Notes: a model not told the origin generated them from the letters alone. A stretch of DNA of 49,613 bases from Planctomycetes bacterium RIFCSPLOWO2_12_FULL_50_35 (GCA_001828605.1 MHZB01000009.1:1-49613), one strand, 5' to 3'. Positions 28,208 to 41,676 are shown, numbered from the stretch's first letter. Numbers and translations: made by a program.

Positions 28208-30280
28208 CTAAGCGGTGCCTGCATAAACTTCCCTGGGTGCGGCCCTGTAATCAAAGGGTTCCATGACGTAACTCCCCCGGCCGCTGGTCGATGACCTGAG
28301 GGCGGTCGTGTAACCAAACATCTCCGCCAGCGGGACCAAGCCCTTGATTATCCTCACGCCGCTACTAACGCCCAACTCCTGTATTTCCGCCCTGCGTCCG
28401 TTAAGGTCTCCGAGGACGTCGCCTAAGTATATCTCGGGCACCGCCACCTCGACCTTCATTATAGGCTCCAATAACACTGAACCGGCCCGCTGCACACACT
28501 GCGTAAGGGCACGGGAAGCTGCGGTATAAAAGGCAAGGTCCGAGGAGTCGACAGGATGGTGAGAGCCGTCTATTAACGTAGCTTTTATGTTAATAAGTGG
28601 ATAACCACTGGAAACGCCTCCCTGTGCAGAATCAACAATGGCGGCCGCGACTGACTTTATGTACTGCCTGGGGATGGCACCCCCGACAATCTTATTTTCA
28701 AATATCACCGGATGGGCATCTTTGCACGGCTCAAAGATTATGACCACATGGCCGTACTGACCATGGCCGCCCGTCTGCTGTATAAATTTTTCCTCTATCT
28801 CCACGGCCCTTGCAATCGTCTCTTTGTAAGCAACCTTGGGCGTACCTATGTTCGCATCCACCTTGAACTCGCTGAGCATGCGGTTCTTCAAGACGTCCAG
28901 ATGCAACTCTCCCATACCGGACATTATAAGTTGCCCGGTCTCACTGTTCATGCGCGCAAGGAACGTCGGGTCTTCCTTCTTCAACCTCTCCAAGGCGTAT
29001 ACAAGTTTTTCCTTCTCCGCCTGAGTCTTCGGTTCGACGGCCATGGAAATGACCGTTTCAGGGAACCGTACCGGCTCGAGAAGTATCTGATTTTGACGGT
29101 CACAGAGGGTATCGCCGGTAACGGTGTCCTTCAGACCCACTACGGCCACTATATCACCCGCAACGGCCTCCTCTATCTGTTCGCGTTCGTTGGCATGCAT
29201 CTTGTAAATACGGCTGACAAGCTCTACCTTATCCTTTCTGGAGTTATACACCCTTTGGCCCGTGCGTATCTTCCCGGAGTAAATGCGCAGGTAGTTGATG
29301 TCCCCGTGCTTGTCCGCGAATATCTTAAAGGCCAGAGCGGCGAGGGGATCGTCCACCGACGGTTTTCTGATTAACTTTCCTTCTTTTTGGGGATGGGTTC
29401 CGGTTATCGGAGGGACATCAAGCGGGGAAGGAAGGTAATTACAGACGGCGTCAAGGAGCATCTGCACTCCCTTATTCTTAAATGCGGAACCGCAGAGCAC
29501 GGGGATAAATCTCAATGCGATGGTACCCTGGCGGATGGCCTTCTTTATATCCTCTTCCGTTATTGGTTCCTCCCTCAAATACTTTTCCATAAACCAATCC
29601 ACTTCCTCTGCAATACGCTCAATCATTTCCTCTCTCAGCCTTGCCGCCTCCGGAAGGTATTCTTTCGGTACGTCAACGATCTCATAATTTTTGGTGGGGT
29701 CTTTCTTTGCCTCAGGGTCTTCGAACAGCCACGCCTTCATTCCTATAAGGTCTATACAGCCAATGAAGTCTCGTTCCTTACCAACGGGCATCTGTACAGG
29801 GATTGCCTTTGCGCGGAACTTTTCCTTTACATCTGCAACCACACGGAGGAAATCGGCGCCAGTCCGGTCGAGCTTGTTCACGAAACAGAGTTTGGGCACT
29901 TTATATTTGTCTGCCTGCCGCCACACGGTCTCTGATTGCGCCTGAACACCGGCTACCCCGCAGAATACACATATGGCGCCGTCCAGCACCCTGAGCGATC
30001 TTTCCACCTCTGCAGTAAAATCAACGTGGCCGGGAGTATCTATAATGTTTATCTGGCAATCGCCCCAGAAGCACGTGGTGGCCGCCGCCGTGATGGTTAT
30101 GCCGCGTTTCTGCTCCTCCTCCATCCAGTCCATGGTGGCCGTACCCTCGTCCACCTCCCCCATCTTGTAGGCCCTGCCAGTATAAAAGAGAATCCTTTCC
30201 GTCAGGGTCGTCTTCCCCGCATCTATGTGGGCGGTTATGCCGATGTTGCGCAGTTTGCTGATGTCTAATATCTTCTCCAT
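28208..30280 (-). CDS. fusA: Elongation factor G
   Basis: [44 protein letters not shown]; ATG 30280 behind SD AAGGAG. Confidence 0.97.
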   Translation of the reverse strand: MEKILDISKLRNIGITAHIDAGKTTLTERILFYTGRAYKMGEVDEGTATMDWMEEEQKRGITITAAATTCFWGDCQINIIDTPGHVDFTAEVERSLRVLDGAICVFCGVAGVQAQSETVWRQADKYKVPKLCFVNKLDRTGADFLRVVADVKEKFRAKAIPVQMPVGKERDFIGCIDLIGMKAWLFEDPEAKKDPTKNYEIVDVPKEYLPEAARLREEMIERIAEEVDWFMEKYLREEPITEEDIKKAIRQGTIALRFIPVLCGSAFKNKGVQMLLDAVCNYLPSPLDVPPITGTHPQKEGKLIRKPSVDDPLAALAFKIFADKHGDINYLRIYSGKIRTGQRVYNSRKDKVELVSRIYKMHANEREQIEEAVAGDIVAVVGLKDTVTGDTLCDRQNQILLEPVRFPETVISMAVEPKTQAEKEKLVYALERLKKEDPTFLARMNSETGQLIMSGMGELHLDVLKNRMLSEFKVDANIGTPKVAYKETIARAVEIEEKFIQQTGGHGQYGHVVIIFEPCKDAHPVIFENKIVGGAIPRQYIKSVAAAIVDSAQGGVSSGYPLINIKATLIDGSHHPVDSSDLAFYTAASRALTQCVQRAGSVLLEPIMKVEVAVPEIYLGDVLGDLNGRRAEIQELGVSSGVRIIKGLVPLAEMFGYTTALRSSTSGRGSYVMEPFDYRAAPREVYAGTA

Positions 30281-30290
30281 CAAGTACTCC

Positions 30291-30764
30291 TTACCACGTG
30301 AAATGGGCGAAGGCCTTATTGGCCTCAGCCATCTTATGTGTGTTCTCCCTCTTTGTGTATGCCGCACCCTGCTTCCGACACCCATCCAACAGTTCGTCAG
30401 CCAGTCTCCTGTACATGGGACGACCTTTTTTGGCCTGTGCCGCCTGAATGATCCACCTCATGGCCAAAGACACCTGCCTCTTTCTGGGCACTTCTACGGG
30501 TACTTGATACGTAGCGCCGCCGATGCGCCTGGAACGAACCTCTACCAGTGGCTTCACGTTATTTATGGCCGCCTCGAAAACCTCTACAGACCCTTTGTCT
30601 TGGGCCTTCTCGCCTACGTAATCCATGGCGGCATAAAACACCCTCTCCGCCGTGCTCTTTTTCCCTTTCCTCATCAGGCAGTTTATAAACTTAGCCGCCA
30701 GTTTGCTGTTGTATCTTACGTCCGGCTTAAGAAAGACCTCTGTGCTTCTGTATTCAAGCGCCAT
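30291..30764 (-). CDS. rpsG: 30S ribosomal protein S7
   Basis: [34 protein letters not shown]. Confidence 0.98.
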   Translation of the reverse strand: MALEYRSTEVFLKPDVRYNSKLAAKFINCLMRKGKKSTAERVFYAAMDYVGEKAQDKGSVEVFEAAINNVKPLVEVRSRRIGGATYQVPVEVPRKRQVSLAMRWIIQAAQAKKGRPMYRRLADELLDGCRKQGAAYTKRENTHKMAEANKAFAHFTW

Positions 30765-30775
30765 TAAGAATCTCC

Positions 30776-31150
30776 CTACTTAGAACTCTTTGTGCCATAT
30801 TTGGAACGCCCGCGATTCCTTCCCGTTACGCCGGCGGAATCTTGCGTACCCCGAACTATGTGGTATTTTACCCCCGGCAGGTCCCTGACCCTTCCACCTC
30901 TTACCAAGACTATGGAGTGTTCCTGTAGGTTGTGGCCCTCTCCAGGGATATAAGCAGTGATCTCTCTCCCGTTGGAGAGTCTCACCTTGGCCACCTTCCT
31001 GAGGGCGGAGTTGGGCTTCTTGGGTGTGCGCGTCATAACCTGCAAGCAAACACCCTTTCTCTGCGGACATGACCCCAGGTCCGGACTTTTGCTCCTTTTA
31101 CCTACTCTCTTTCTTCCCTTTCGTACAAGTTGGTTTATCGTAGGTGTCAT
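30776..31150 (-). CDS. rpsL: 30S ribosomal protein S12
   Basis: [40 protein letters not shown]. Confidence 0.98.
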   Translation of the reverse strand: MTPTINQLVRKGRKRVGKRSKSPDLGSCPQRKGVCLQVMTRTPKKPNSALRKVAKVRLSNGREITAYIPGEGHNLQEHSIVLVRGGRVRDLPGVKYHIVRGTQDSAGVTGRNRGRSKYGTKSSK

Positions 31151-31200
31151 ATGGATATACCCTCTCTAATCTCTCGTTGCACTCCCTAACCCCCCCTCGC

Positions 31201-34200
31201 TTAATTTTGCTCCACCTTTTTCACATCAAGCGCAGTAAGTCCCTTGAAGCCCGTGCCCGCAGGAACCAGGTGCCCCAGGATTACATTCTCTTTCAAGCCT
31301 ACCAGCGGGTCTTTTTGCCCCTTGAGGGCGGCAAGCGTCAACACCTTGGTAGTCTCCTGGAAGCTGGCCGCAGATATGAAACTATCTGACTGCAGTGAGG
31401 CCTTGGTAATGCCCATAAGCATCGGTTTTGCCGTAACCGGTTTGCCCTTCGCCTCCCTGATGCGCTTGTTTTCTTCCCTAAACCTAACTTTTTCTATCAC
31501 CTGCCCGGGCAGTAAATCAGTATCGCCGGAGTCATCTATGGTCACCTTACGAAGCATCTGAGCAATGATTATCTCTATATGCTTGTCGTCTATAGGGACG
31601 TTTTGTGACTTATAAACGTTCTGCACCTCTTTAAGCATGTACTGCTGCAGCTCCTCCTCACCGCAGATCCGCAGGATGTCCTGCAGCACCATCGGTCCTT
31701 CAACCAGCGGGTCGCCGGCCTTAACGCGGTCACTCCTATGGACCTTCAGATGTTTACCCCTGGGTACAAGGTGTTCTCGCTGAAGCTCCGAGACCTCGTC
31801 CTTAATGATGATAGTCCTCTTGCCGCGTCTCTTTTCACCCAGCTCTACCACACCGTCAATTTCACTGATAACGGCCGGGTCCTTCGGTTTTCTGGCCTCG
31901 AATATCTCGGTGACGCGGGGTAGACCTCCAGTAATGTCTTCTGTGCGCGTAATCTCTCGCGGCGTCTTGGCCAAAAGGTTTCCAATAACAATTGAATCAC
32001 CCTCTTCCACCTCAATATACGCCTTTTCCGGAATAGGATAAGCGCTGAGAATCTTTCCCGTGTTATCTTCGATGATGATTTGAGGGTGGAGGTCTCCCTT
32101 GTGCTCTATGATGACCTTTCTCTTAACGCCTGTTGCAGTCTCTATCTCCGTGCGTACGGTTTTGTCTTCGACAATGTCCTCGAAGCGAATCTTTCCCGTG
32201 AACTCGGCCAAGATGGGTGTCATGTGCGGGTCCCATCTCGCAAGGGTCTGTTGGGCAGAGACCTTCTTCCCCTCTTCCACCATGATTGATGCACCCAGGG
32301 GAACTATATATTTATCAATTTGCCTACCCTTATCATCCACAAGCAAGAGCTCCCCATTGACCACCAGAGAAGCCAATTGACCCTGGGGGTTCTTTACCAC
32401 TCTTAGGTTCTGGCCGAATTGAACGAAACCGGCCCGCTTGGCGGCGATCTCAGACTCTCCAACAGAGCGGGCAGCCGTACCACCTATGTGGAAAGTCCTC
32501 ATGGTGAGCTGCGTACCTGGTTCTCCTATGGACTGGGCGGCAATTATGCCCACGGCCGTACCCTCTTCCACCAATTTGCCCCTGGACAAGTCCATTCCAT
32601 AACACTTGGCGCACACGCCAAGAGGCATCTCGCAGGTTAGCGGCGAACGCACACGAATCTTTTCGTAACCAAGCGACTCTATACGCTTCGCCTTATCTTC
32701 GTCAATCAACTCATTTTCCTTTACAATCACATCGTCCTTCACCAAATCGACTATGTTGCTGCGCGCGACCCTCCCTGTTATTATCTTGCCCAGGGTGACC
32801 TCCACCTTCTCCCCACGGTAAATGGCGCTCTTAGTGATGCCTCCCAGAGTCCCGCAGTCTTCACCGGTAACTACGACGTTTTGTGCAACATCGGCCAGCT
32901 TTCTGGTAAGGTATCCGCTATCCGCCGTTTTAAGTGCAGTATCCGCAAGACCCTTTCTTGCACCGTGTGTGGAGCTGAAGTACTCAAGTACACCAAGACC
33001 CTCTCTAAAATTAGCCTTTATAGGTGCCTCAATTATGCGTCCAGAGGGTTTCGCCATAAGACCTCTCATGCCGGCCAACTGCCGTATCTGCTGCGTGCTG
33101 CCCCTTGCACCAGAGGCCGTCATCAGAAATACAGGGTTGAGGTATCGCTTGCCGTCACGAACATCGTTTTCCAGCTCTATGAGCATCTCCTCTGCGACAG
33201 TGTTGCTCGCATCGGTCCAGCAATCTATAACCTGATTGTATCGCTCACCTTCCGTGATGGAGCCTTTGCGATAAAATCCTTGAATCTTTTCCACTTCGGC
33301 CTCTGCCTTGGCCAATATTTCCTTTTTCTTTCTGGGCATCTTCAAATCACTTGCGGATAAAGATAGCCCTGCCTTCGTGCATTCCTTAAACCCAAGATCC
33401 TTAACGGCATCCAAGAGCTCGATTGTCTGCTCCCTGCCAAGCAGTTTATAACAGTCTTGTATAATCCTGTTCAAGCCCTTCTGGTTGAGATTAAAATTGT
33501 AAAAGGGAAGCGCTTCGGGCAATATGCAGTTGAAGATAACCCGCCCCACAGTAGTTTCTACGAACCCCTCCTTGGGTGTCTCGGCGCCGCCCGTGCCGAC
33601 AACCTTCTTTTCTTTAGGCAGCCTTAACCGTATGTGGGTGTGCACCTTGACCTTTTTCTCGTCGTGCGCCAGCAGAACCTCGTCCGTGCACGAGAATGCC
33701 TTGGTCCGCCCATCTCCTCCGTCCTTTTGATCCTCTGCTATGAAGTGGGTAAGATAGGAACAACCCAGGACTATATCCTGTGAAGGGCTTATGATGGGCT
33801 CGCCGGAGGCCGGGGAAAATATATTGTTGGTGGACAGCATCAGCGTTATGGCCTCTATCTGGGCCTCGTAGGACAGGGGCAGATGAACGGCCATCTGGTC
33901 GCCATCGAAGTCGGCATTGAAACCTTTGCAGACCAGGGGATGAAGTTTTATGGCATTGCCTTCTATCAAAACGGGTTCAAAGGCCTGGATGCCGATCCTG
34001 TGAAGCGTTGGTGCTCTGTTCAAGAGCACTGGGTGGTGACGCACCACTTCTTCGAGGATGTCCCAGACGATTTCCTCCCTCTTGCTGAGTATCCTTTTAG
34101 CACTCTTTATCGTGTCGGCCTGCCCAATCTCCTTCAATCGCCGAATTATGAAGGGCTGAAACAACTCGAGGGCTATCTTCTTGGGAAGTCCTACCTGATG

Positions 34201-35274
34201 CAGTTTTAGTTCCGGACCTACTACTATCACGGAACGGGCCGAGTAATCAACCCGCTTGCCCAAGAGGTTCTCCCTGAAGCGGCCTTGCTTGCCCTTAATC
34301 ATGTCTGTCAAGGATTTCAGGGGCCTATTATTGCTGCCCAGGACAGGACGCTTGGACCTCTCGTTGTCGAACAAGGCATCAACCGCCTGCTGCAGCATCC
34401 TCTTCTCGTTGCGGATTATTACTTCCGGTGCATTTAGATCCAACAGTTTTTTCAGACGGTTGTTACGATTTATAACCCTGCGATAGAGGTCGTTCAGGTC
34501 TGACGTGGCAAAATTGCCGCTCTCCAGCAGTACCAAAGGCCTAAGGTCGGGAGGTATCACAGGAATAATAGTCAGTACCATCCATTCAGGCTTATTGCCC
34601 GAATCTCTAACGGCCTCAACCAACTCCAGCCGTCTGACTATCTCCCTCTGGCGCTGCCGGGAGGCCGTCGTTCCAAGTTCCTCGCGAAGGTTTTTGGAAA
34701 GCTTGGACAGGTCTAATCTCTGAAGTAAGGTCCTAACGGTCTCCGCACCCATGCCGGCCTTGAAACTGTGCTCGCCGTACTTCTCCAGGCAATCCCTGTA
34801 TTCCTCTTCACTGAGGAGCTGATGCTCATTAAGCGGGGTGTTACCCGGGTCAATTACCACATAGTCCTGAAAGTAAATAACCCTCTCGAGAGCGGTGGTC
34901 TTCATCCCCAACAAGGTGCCCAACCTCGACGGCATGGCCTTGAAGAACCATATATGGATTACGGGCGCGGCCAGGGTAATATGGCCCATCCTCTTTCGTC
35001 TCTCCCGGGAGTGTGTTATCTTCACCCCACAGCGGTCACATACAATGCCCTTGTGCTTTATACCCTTGTACTTGCCGCAAAAACATTCCCAGTTACGCTC
35101 CGGTCCAAAGATGCGTTCACAAAAGAGTCCGTCCTTTTCGGGCCTGTACGTGCGGTAGTTAACCGTCTCCGGCTTTTTAACCTCACCATAAGACCAGCTT
35201 CTTATGTCTTCAGGAGAGGCAAGACGTATATTTACGGCATCATATTCATTAACTTTTTCAAATAGTGCTTCCAT
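31201..35274 (-). CDS. rpoC: RNA polymerase subunit beta-prime
   Basis: [48 protein letters not shown]. Confidence 0.99.
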   Translation of the reverse strand: MEALFEKVNEYDAVNIRLASPEDIRSWSYGEVKKPETVNYRTYRPEKDGLFCERIFGPERNWECFCGKYKGIKHKGIVCDRCGVKITHSRERRKRMGHITLAAPVIHIWFFKAMPSRLGTLLGMKTTALERVIYFQDYVVIDPGNTPLNEHQLLSEEEYRDCLEKYGEHSFKAGMGAETVRTLLQRLDLSKLSKNLREELGTTASRQRQREIVRRLELVEAVRDSGNKPEWMVLTIIPVIPPDLRPLVLLESGNFATSDLNDLYRRVINRNNRLKKLLDLNAPEVIIRNEKRMLQQAVDALFDNERSKRPVLGSNNRPLKSLTDMIKGKQGRFRENLLGKRVDYSARSVIVVGPELKLHQVGLPKKIALELFQPFIIRRLKEIGQADTIKSAKRILSKREEIVWDILEEVVRHHPVLLNRAPTLHRIGIQAFEPVLIEGNAIKLHPLVCKGFNADFDGDQMAVHLPLSYEAQIEAITLMLSTNNIFSPASGEPIISPSQDIVLGCSYLTHFIAEDQKDGGDGRTKAFSCTDEVLLAHDEKKVKVHTHIRLRLPKEKKVVGTGGAETPKEGFVETTVGRVIFNCILPEALPFYNFNLNQKGLNRIIQDCYKLLGREQTIELLDAVKDLGFKECTKAGLSLSASDLKMPRKKKEILAKAEAEVEKIQGFYRKGSITEGERYNQVIDCWTDASNTVAEEMLIELENDVRDGKRYLNPVFLMTASGARGSTQQIRQLAGMRGLMAKPSGRIIEAPIKANFREGLGVLEYFSSTHGARKGLADTALKTADSGYLTRKLADVAQNVVVTGEDCGTLGGITKSAIYRGEKVEVTLGKIITGRVARSNIVDLVKDDVIVKENELIDEDKAKRIESLGYEKIRVRSPLTCEMPLGVCAKCYGMDLSRGKLVEEGTAVGIIAAQSIGEPGTQLTMRTFHIGGTAARSVGESEIAAKRAGFVQFGQNLRVVKNPQGQLASLVVNGELLLVDDKGRQIDKYIVPLGASIMVEEGKKVSAQQTLARWDPHMTPILAEFTGKIRFEDIVEDKTVRTEIETATGVKRKVIIEHKGDLHPQIIIEDNTGKILSAYPIPEKAYIEVEEGDSIVIGNLLAKTPREITRTEDITGGLPRVTEIFEARKPKDPAVISEIDGVVELGEKRRGKRTIIIKDEVSELQREHLVPRGKHLKVHRSDRVKAGDPLVEGPMVLQDILRICGEEELQQYMLKEVQNVYKSQNVPIDDKHIEIIIAQMLRKVTIDDSGDTDLLPGQVIEKVRFREENKRIREAKGKPVTAKPMLMGITKASLQSDSFISAASFQETTKVLTLAALKGQKDPLVGLKENVILGHLVPAGTGFKGLTALDVKKVEQN

Positions 35275-35297
35275 ACTGAACCTCTTTTTTGTGTATC

Positions 35298-38200
35298 TTA
35301 TAATCCCTTCTTTTCCAGATGCAGATTAAGGCACAATCCCTGTACCTCTTTTGAAAGTACCTCAAACGAGGCTGGGGTGCCGGCCACCAGGATGTTTTCT
35401 CCCTTCACCATGGACTCGTATATCTTGGTTCTGCCCTCTACATCGTCACTCTTAACGGTAAGCAGTTCCTGTAGGTTGTAGGCTGCACCGTAGGCCTCTA
35501 AGGCCCAGACCTCCATCTCTCCAAACCTCTGCCCACCAAAGCGCGCCTTTCCTCCAAGAGGCTGCTGCGTTATCAGGGAATACGGACCGGTGGCGCGCGC
35601 ATGGACCTTGTCATCTACCAGGTGATGAAGTTTCATCATGTACATATATCCAACAGTCACCTTCTGCTCAAAAGGCTCACCCGTGCGGCCGTCATATAGA
35701 GTTACCTTACCATCCGTGGGTAAACCGGCCTCTTTCAATGAATCCCTAATTTCTTCCTCCTCGGCGCCCTCGAAGACGGGCGTAACTGCCTGGAAACCTA
35801 AGTTCTTGGCGGCCCAGCCCAGATGTGTCTCCAATATCTGCCCTACGTTCATCCTGGAAGGAACACCCAGAGGATTCAGGAGTATCTCAACGGGGGTGCC
35901 GTCCTCGAGGAAAGGCATGTCCTCCTCCGGTAATACCTTGGCGATTACACCCTTGTTACCATGCCGTCCTGCCATCTTATCCCCCACAGACAACTTTCTC
36001 TTAGTGGCGAGGGAGACCTGAGCTACCTCCAACACCCCGCTGGGAAGTTCATCGCCCCTCTTCAGTTGGTTTGTCTTTCTGTCCCGCTCGTCCTTAAGGG
36101 CCTCAATCTTATCAAGGAGGGGGCGACAGATTGATACGGCGGCAGTCTTCGCCTTTTTATCGGAAAACCGTATATTTTCAACATTAAAGGCCTCTTCCAG
36201 CTCCAGGACGCGCTTCGAATGCATGCCGGGCCGCACATCAAACTCCTGCAGCGTCTGGCTGTCTACCAGGGGTTCCTTTACATCCTTCTGTACGGCCTGT
36301 ATCATGGCGATAAATTCCCTGGAGATATCCCTGCCGTATTTAGACTCTATGTCGCTAATCTGTTGGTTTATCTTCTTTCGTTCGTCCTCTGACAGATAGG
36401 CCCTGCGAGAAAACCTCTGAATGCCTATCGCCGTACCATCTACGCCGGAGGGCACTTCCAGCGACTCGTTTCTCACGTCTTCACCCGCACGTCCAAAGAT
36501 TGCGTAAAGGAGTTTTTCCTCGGGGGACAGTTCACTCCGGCTCTTGGGAGCAATCTTGCCCACCAATACGTCGCCTGGCCCAACCTTGGTACCCTCCAAA
36601 ACTATTCCATGTTCATCCAGATTCTTTAGGGCCTTCTCAGGGACATTCGGTATATCCCTCGTGAACTCCTCCCGCCCCAATTTTGTCTCTCTGATTTCCG
36701 CCTCGAACCCCTCCCTGTGCACGGAGGTAAACACGTCATCCTTTAATAACTTCTCGCTTACGACTATAGCGTCCTCGAAGTTATATCCGTCCCAGGCAAG
36801 AAAGCCGACCAGCACGTTGCGCCCCAGACTCAGCTCGCCGTAGCAAGTGGCGGCGCCATCCGCTATAACCTGCCCTTTCTTTACCGCCTGACCTTCCTTG
36901 ACTATCGGCCTCTGGTTTAGACAGGTACCCTCGTTGGAACCCACAAACTTCCTGAGATGATATTCATCATGGTCGTCAATAATGATACATGCGGCGTCAG
37001 CTTTTGTAACGGTGCCGGCCTTCCGGGCGCAGACTACCATGCTGGAGTTCTGCGCTACGATTTTCTCTATCCCCGTAGCCACGATGGGCGGTTCTGTCTT
37101 GAGAAGCGGTACGGCTTGGCGCTGCATGTTTGAACCCATAAGCGCACGGTTTGCGTCACTGTGTTCAAGGAATGGAATCAAACTGGCGGACACGCCGACC
37201 AACTGCTTGGGTGAAACGTCTACGTAGTCTACCTTTGGGGATTCCGTCACGCAGAAATCCCCGTTGTATCTAGAGAGCACCTCTTTGGCCAGCTCTACCC
37301 GTTTTCCATTCGAGCTGGTCAGGGCATCCATCGGCGCCAGGTACCTGCCCTCCTCCTCGTCGGCCCTGAGATACTCTATATCTCCAGTCAGTTTGCCGTT
37401 CTTGACCTTCTGGTAAGGAGTAACCAAGAACCCGTAAGAATCCACGGTTGCATATATGCTTAAAGACGCTATAAGACCAATATTTGTACCCTCAGGGGTT
37501 TCAATGGGACATATCCTGCCGTAGTGGGAGATGTGCACGTCCCTCACCTCAAAACCGGCCCTCTTACGGTTAAGTCCACCCGGACCCAAGGCGCTTAGAC
37601 GTCTCTCGTGGGTAAGCTGCGCCAGGGGGTTGGTCTGGTCTAAGACTTGCGACAGCTCCCCGCGGCTGAAGAAATAGTCTATCGTTGACATGATTGTCTT
37701 GGAGTTAATCAACACCCTGGGCGTAAGCTGGTCGAGCTCCTTACCGCTCATCCTCTCTTGAACCGTTCTGCGCAGCTTGAGGAAACCCCTACGGAGCTCC
37801 TCCCCAACCAGTTCATCAATGGTACGCAGGCGTCGGTTGCCCAGGTGGTCAATGTCATCTACGGACGAGTCCTCGCCCTTACGTAGTTTTACGATATATT
37901 TAATAGAATTTACTATATCTTCCTTCTGCAGGGTCATCTCGTTTGCGTCGATATCCTGAGAGAATTTCCTGTTCAGTCGGAACCTGCCTACCGGGCCGAG
38001 TCTGTATCTCTTCGGGTCGAAAAACTTTTCATAAAAAAGCTGTTTCGCCTTGTCAAGTTGCTGAGGATTGCCGGGCCTGAACCTCGTGTAAAGCTTGAGC
38101 AGCGCCTCTTCATGTGAACCCGTCTTATCGTCTTGCAACGAGTTGAGCATCAGGGGGTCATCCACTTTCTTTACTATTTCCAACTCCTTTTGTCCCAGTT

Positions 38201-38978
38201 TAAGCAGCTCATCAATGACGGCCTCGGTAATCAAGGCGCCTGCCTTTAGCACAACCTCACCCGTCTTGGGGTCGAATACAGTCTGGGCAGAATAAGATTG
38301 CTTCAGCTTGGAGGGGCTGGACAGCTTGGCGGTCTCCGTCTCATAAAATAGTCGGATTATGTCCTCATTTCTTGAGAATTCCTCCCCTATCGCCCTCAAG
38401 AAACAGGTCGCCGGAAAACGTCCACTCTGGTCGATACGCACGTTAAGTACGTCTTTCTTACCAACCTCTATCTCCACCCAGCTTCCTCTCTCAGGTATTA
38501 TCCTGCAGGAGTGTCTCCTTTTTTCGGCCTGCACCTCCTCCAGGAAATCTACGCCCGGCGATCGGTGGAGCTGTGTCACTATAACCCTTTCAGTACCGTT
38601 TATGATGAACTCTCCACCTCCTATCATAACCGGCATCTCACCTACATAAACCTCCTCCTCTACGCCCTCTCCCTTTTCCTTAAATGTGAGACGAAGCCGC
38701 AGCCTGAGTGGTCTTCCATACGTAAGACGAAGTTGCCGGCACTCCTCGGGACTATACCTGGGTTTGCTCAATTCATACTTAACGTACTCAAGTGTCGCCA
38801 ACTCATCGTAGCTCTTAATGGGAAATATCTCACCGAGTATTGCCTCCAGCCCTCTATCCTTCCTCCTCGAGGCTGGGACATCGGCCTGCAGGAACCTCTC
38901 GTAGGCCTCGGTCTGTATCTGGGTAAGGTTAGGAACCTCTACCAGCTCTTCGGATTTCCCATAATTACGAACTTCCAT
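35298..38978 (-). CDS. rpoB: RNA polymerase subunit beta
   Basis: [55 protein letters not shown]. Confidence 0.99.
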   Translation of the reverse strand: MEVRNYGKSEELVEVPNLTQIQTEAYERFLQADVPASRRKDRGLEAILGEIFPIKSYDELATLEYVKYELSKPRYSPEECRQLRLTYGRPLRLRLRLTFKEKGEGVEEEVYVGEMPVMIGGGEFIINGTERVIVTQLHRSPGVDFLEEVQAEKRRHSCRIIPERGSWVEIEVGKKDVLNVRIDQSGRFPATCFLRAIGEEFSRNEDIIRLFYETETAKLSSPSKLKQSYSAQTVFDPKTGEVVLKAGALITEAVIDELLKLGQKELEIVKKVDDPLMLNSLQDDKTGSHEEALLKLYTRFRPGNPQQLDKAKQLFYEKFFDPKRYRLGPVGRFRLNRKFSQDIDANEMTLQKEDIVNSIKYIVKLRKGEDSSVDDIDHLGNRRLRTIDELVGEELRRGFLKLRRTVQERMSGKELDQLTPRVLINSKTIMSTIDYFFSRGELSQVLDQTNPLAQLTHERRLSALGPGGLNRKRAGFEVRDVHISHYGRICPIETPEGTNIGLIASLSIYATVDSYGFLVTPYQKVKNGKLTGDIEYLRADEEEGRYLAPMDALTSSNGKRVELAKEVLSRYNGDFCVTESPKVDYVDVSPKQLVGVSASLIPFLEHSDANRALMGSNMQRQAVPLLKTEPPIVATGIEKIVAQNSSMVVCARKAGTVTKADAACIIIDDHDEYHLRKFVGSNEGTCLNQRPIVKEGQAVKKGQVIADGAATCYGELSLGRNVLVGFLAWDGYNFEDAIVVSEKLLKDDVFTSVHREGFEAEIRETKLGREEFTRDIPNVPEKALKNLDEHGIVLEGTKVGPGDVLVGKIAPKSRSELSPEEKLLYAIFGRAGEDVRNESLEVPSGVDGTAIGIQRFSRRAYLSEDERKKINQQISDIESKYGRDISREFIAMIQAVQKDVKEPLVDSQTLQEFDVRPGMHSKRVLELEEAFNVENIRFSDKKAKTAAVSICRPLLDKIEALKDERDRKTNQLKRGDELPSGVLEVAQVSLATKRKLSVGDKMAGRHGNKGVIAKVLPEEDMPFLEDGTPVEILLNPLGVPSRMNVGQILETHLGWAAKNLGFQAVTPVFEGAEEEEIRDSLKEAGLPTDGKVTLYDGRTGEPFEQKVTVGYMYMMKLHHLVDDKVHARATGPYSLITQQPLGGKARFGGQRFGEMEVWALEAYGAAYNLQELLTVKSDDVEGRTKIYESMVKGENILVAGTPASFEVLSKEVQGLCLNLHLEKKGL

Positions 38979-39020
38979 AATTGCCTTCCTTAAGAAATTT
39001 ACGCACTAACAAGGCTGCTT

Positions 39021-39449
39021 CTATTTTACTTCGACAGTAGCCCCAGCCTCTTCAAGCTCCTTCTTTATCTTCTGGGCGTCTTCTTTGGAAACTCCCTCTT
39101 TTACGGTCTTCGGCGCCTCGTCAACAAGGGTCTTCGCCTCCTTGAGGCCCAAGGTGGTGTGCACCCTAACCACCTTTATAACCTGAATCTTATTCGCTCC
39201 CGCAGCCTTTAGTATCACGTCAAAGGCGGTCTTCTCCTCCGCAGGAGCGGCGGCGGCAGCGCCTCCAGCCGGAGCGCCCGCCATTACAACGGGGGCTGCA
39301 GCCACAGCCTTCACATCAAACCTTTCCTCAAAGGCCTTTACCAGCTCAGAGGCCTCCAGCAGCGTAAGCCCACCCACCAGATCCAATATGTCGTTTACCT
39401 TCTTCGAATGGGCAGCTGCGCCCTCTTTCTTAACGGTCTCGACAGACAT
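39021..39449 (-). CDS. rplL: 50S ribosomal protein L7/L12
   Basis: [11 protein letters not shown], Ala-rich hinge, EEKT.FDV.L, LGLKEAK.LV. Confidence 0.97.
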   Translation of the reverse strand: MSVETVKKEGAAAHSKKVNDILDLVGGLTLLEASELVKAFEERFDVKAVAAAPVVMAGAPAGGAAAAAPAEEKTAFDVILKAAGANKIQVIKVVRVHTTLGLKEAKTLVDEAPKTVKEGVSKEDAQKIKKELEEAGATVEVK

Positions 39450-39470
39450 TTTTATCTAACCTCCCATCTC

Positions 39471-40001
39471 TCAACTAGCACTTTCTTTTTCTTTCTTTTC
39501 CCTTAAGGCATCAAGCACATCGCGCAATTTCTGTAACGGTGCCGATACCACCATTGCAAATCTTGTCATAGGCGACTGCATGAGCGTCACTATCTGTGCA
39601 TAAAGCACCTGCTTGGATGGAAGTTTGGAAAGCTGCTCCATCTCAGATGGAGAAACCAGGCGGCCTTCCACTAATCCGCCTTTTATGCTCAAGACAGGAA
39701 CCTTCTTACGCCACCCCACAAGTGTCTTAACCAGTGCTACCGGGTCGTCACCCCCGGCAACTATCGCCGTAGGACCACTCAAGAGCTCGGTCAGACCACC
39801 GTTACCCGCTCCCTTAAATGCCAACTTGGCCAGCGAATTCTTTACCACCTCAAGGTGCATCTTCTTTGCGTAAAGGTCCCTGCGCAAATCATTGGCATCA
39901 ATAGCGCTTATCCCTTGATAGGCTACAATCACGCAATTATCTACGCCTTGATACCTTGTGGTCAATTCTTTAGCGATCAGCGTGTTTATCTTGTTCGCCA
40001 T
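39471..40001 (-). CDS. rplJ: 50S ribosomal protein L10
   Basis: Y.G, LR..L, VVKNSL...A, L.GPTA, KGG.VEG, KLPS; position between rplA and rplL. Confidence 0.93.
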   Translation of the reverse strand: MANKINTLIAKELTTRYQGVDNCVIVAYQGISAIDANDLRRDLYAKKMHLEVVKNSLAKLAFKGAGNGGLTELLSGPTAIVAGGDDPVALVKTLVGWRKKVPVLSIKGGLVEGRLVSPSEMEQLSKLPSKQVLYAQIVTLMQSPMTRFAMVVSAPLQKLRDVLDALREKKEKESAS

Positions 40002-40008
40002 GGTTATC

Positions 40009-40689
40009 CTACACCCCTACCTTAATACCCGGGCTCATCGTCGAGGAGATTATCGTCTTTTGCACAAAGGTCCCTTTGGCAGAGGCAGGCCTGGACGCCA
40101 AAACGTGATTTATAAACGACTCTATATTTGCCACAAGGTCTTCCGTACTGAACGAGAGCTTCCCAATCAGGGCATGGACGTTGCCGCCCGCGTCGTTTCT
40201 ATATTCTATTTTCCCCGCCTTGAACTCCTTTACGGCCTCTCCTATATTGTCGGTTACCGTACCGGACTTCGGCGACGGCATCTTTCCTTGCGGCCCCAAC
40301 ACCCTTCCGAGCTTACCTATCTGACGCATCATGTCCGGGGTGGCTATAGCCACATCAAAGTCCATCCAACCGGCCTCTACCTTTTTTACCAATTCCTCTA
40401 CCCCGGTCTCTACGGCGCCAGCCTTTCTGGCCTCTTCAGCCTTTTCACCCTTGGCGAATACCACCACCCTGAGCTCTTTCCCTATCCCTTTCGGCAGCGA
40501 GATGGAGCCCCTCAACATCTGGTCTGAACGCTTCGGGTCTATGCTCAACTTCATCACTACCTCAACGCTCTCGTTGAACTTTGCCTTTGGAAAGTTTTTC
40601 AGCAGTTCAACGCCTTCCCTAAGTGAGTAGCTCTTCTCACCGTCATATAATTTTTTGCACTGTTCGTATCTCTTGCTTTTTTTCGCCAT
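40009..40689 (-). CDS. rplA: 50S ribosomal protein L1
   Basis: KFNESVE, RG.I.LP.G.GK, GKLGRVLGP.G.MP.PK.GTVT, STMSP. Confidence 0.97.
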   Translation of the reverse strand: MAKKSKRYEQCKKLYDGEKSYSLREGVELLKNFPKAKFNESVEVVMKLSIDPKRSDQMLRGSISLPKGIGKELRVVVFAKGEKAEEARKAGAVETGVEELVKKVEAGWMDFDVAIATPDMMRQIGKLGRVLGPQGKMPSPKSGTVTDNIGEAVKEFKAGKIEYRNDAGGNVHALIGKLSFSTEDLVANIESFINHVLASRPASAKGTFVQKTIISSTMSPGIKVGV

Positions 40690-40693
40690 CTTC

Positions 40694-41119
40694 CTAGTCC
40701 ACAACCTCCAAGCCCATGCTCCTGGCGGTACCTTCTATTATCCTCGCCGCCTGCTCAAGATCGGCGGTATTAAGGTCTTTAATCTTTGTCTTTGCCACCT
40801 CTCTTACCTGGTCTCTGGTGACGCTGCCGACCTTATCACGATTGGGAACTCCCGAACCCTTGGCTATTCCCGCTGCCTGCTTAAGCAGTACCGCAGCAGG
40901 TGGAGATTTCAGTATAAAGTCAAAGCTTTTGTCCTTATAAACGGTTATTTCTGCAGGGATAACAACCCCTTGACTGGCCTTGGTCTTCTCGTTGAATTGC
41001 GAGACGAAAAGACCGATGTTTACGCCGTGTTGTCCAAGGGCCGGCCCAACAGGGGGCGCAGGGGTGGCCTGTCCACCAGGAATCTGCAGCTTTATCTTTG
41101 TTAGAATTTCTTTTGCCAT
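40694..41119 (-). CDS. rplK: 50S ribosomal protein L11
   Basis: [36 protein letters not shown]. Confidence 0.98.
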   Translation of the reverse strand: MAKEILTKIKLQIPGGQATPAPPVGPALGQHGVNIGLFVSQFNEKTKASQGVVIPAEITVYKDKSFDFILKSPPAAVLLKQAAGIAKGSGVPNRDKVGSVTRDQVREVAKTKIKDLNTADLEQAARIIEGTARSMGLEVVD

Positions 41120-41127
41120 AACAGCAG

Positions 41128-41676
41128 TTAAACGGTTTCCACCTGCCAGTACTCAAGTTCCACCGGAGTTGCCCTACCGAATATGGTAAGTATGATTTTC
41201 ACCCGGCCGCTGGTCTCAAGGATTTCTTCCACCGTCCCGTCAAAGTTCTCGAAGGGACCCTCCTTTATCCTTACCCTGTCCCCTTCCTTAAAGTGTATAC
41301 TGGCCTTGGGCTTTTCCTCCTTGCGTTCCACCTCGGTGAGCATCTTTTCGACCTCGTAGTTGGCCATGGGCACGGGCTTCCTGTTACCTCCCACGAAGTC
41401 TCCCGTCCCCGACGTCTCTCTTATGAGATACCACACGTCGGACGGGATATTGCCCTGGTCATCCACCTCTATCGCGGTCATAATGTAGCCTGGATATATC
41501 TTTCTTTCGGTAATCCTCTTCTTCCCGCCTTTAATCTCAGACACCTTCTCCGTAGGCACCAATACCTTTGCGAGCTTGCCTTCAAGGCCCCCGATCCTTG
41601 CAGATTCTTCCAAAGCCTCTTTCACCTTCTCTTCTCTGTTGCTTTGAACTCTTAACACAAACCACTTCTTGGCCAT
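41128..41676 (-). CDS. nusG: Transcription termination/antitermination factor NusG
   Basis: WFVL.V.S.RE, YPGY, KOW motif GD.VRI.EGPF.NF.G.V, IFGR.TPVEL. Confidence 0.97.
   Translation of the reverse strand: MAKKWFVLRVQSNREEKVKEALEESARIGGLEGKLAKVLVPTEKVSEIKGGKKRITERKIYPGYIMTAIEVDDQGNIPSDVWYLIRETSGTGDFVGGNRKPVPMANYEVEKMLTEVERKEEKPKASIHFKEGDRVRIKEGPFENFDGTVEEILETSGRVKIILTIFGRATPVELEYWQVETV

Noticed and set aside
30281-30385. Apparent N-terminal extensions in the ORF track (fusA here; also map, rpsC, rplR, HAO, subunit IV)
   Set aside because: Artefacts of longest-ORF calling; downstream starts match the family N-termini, usually with an SD
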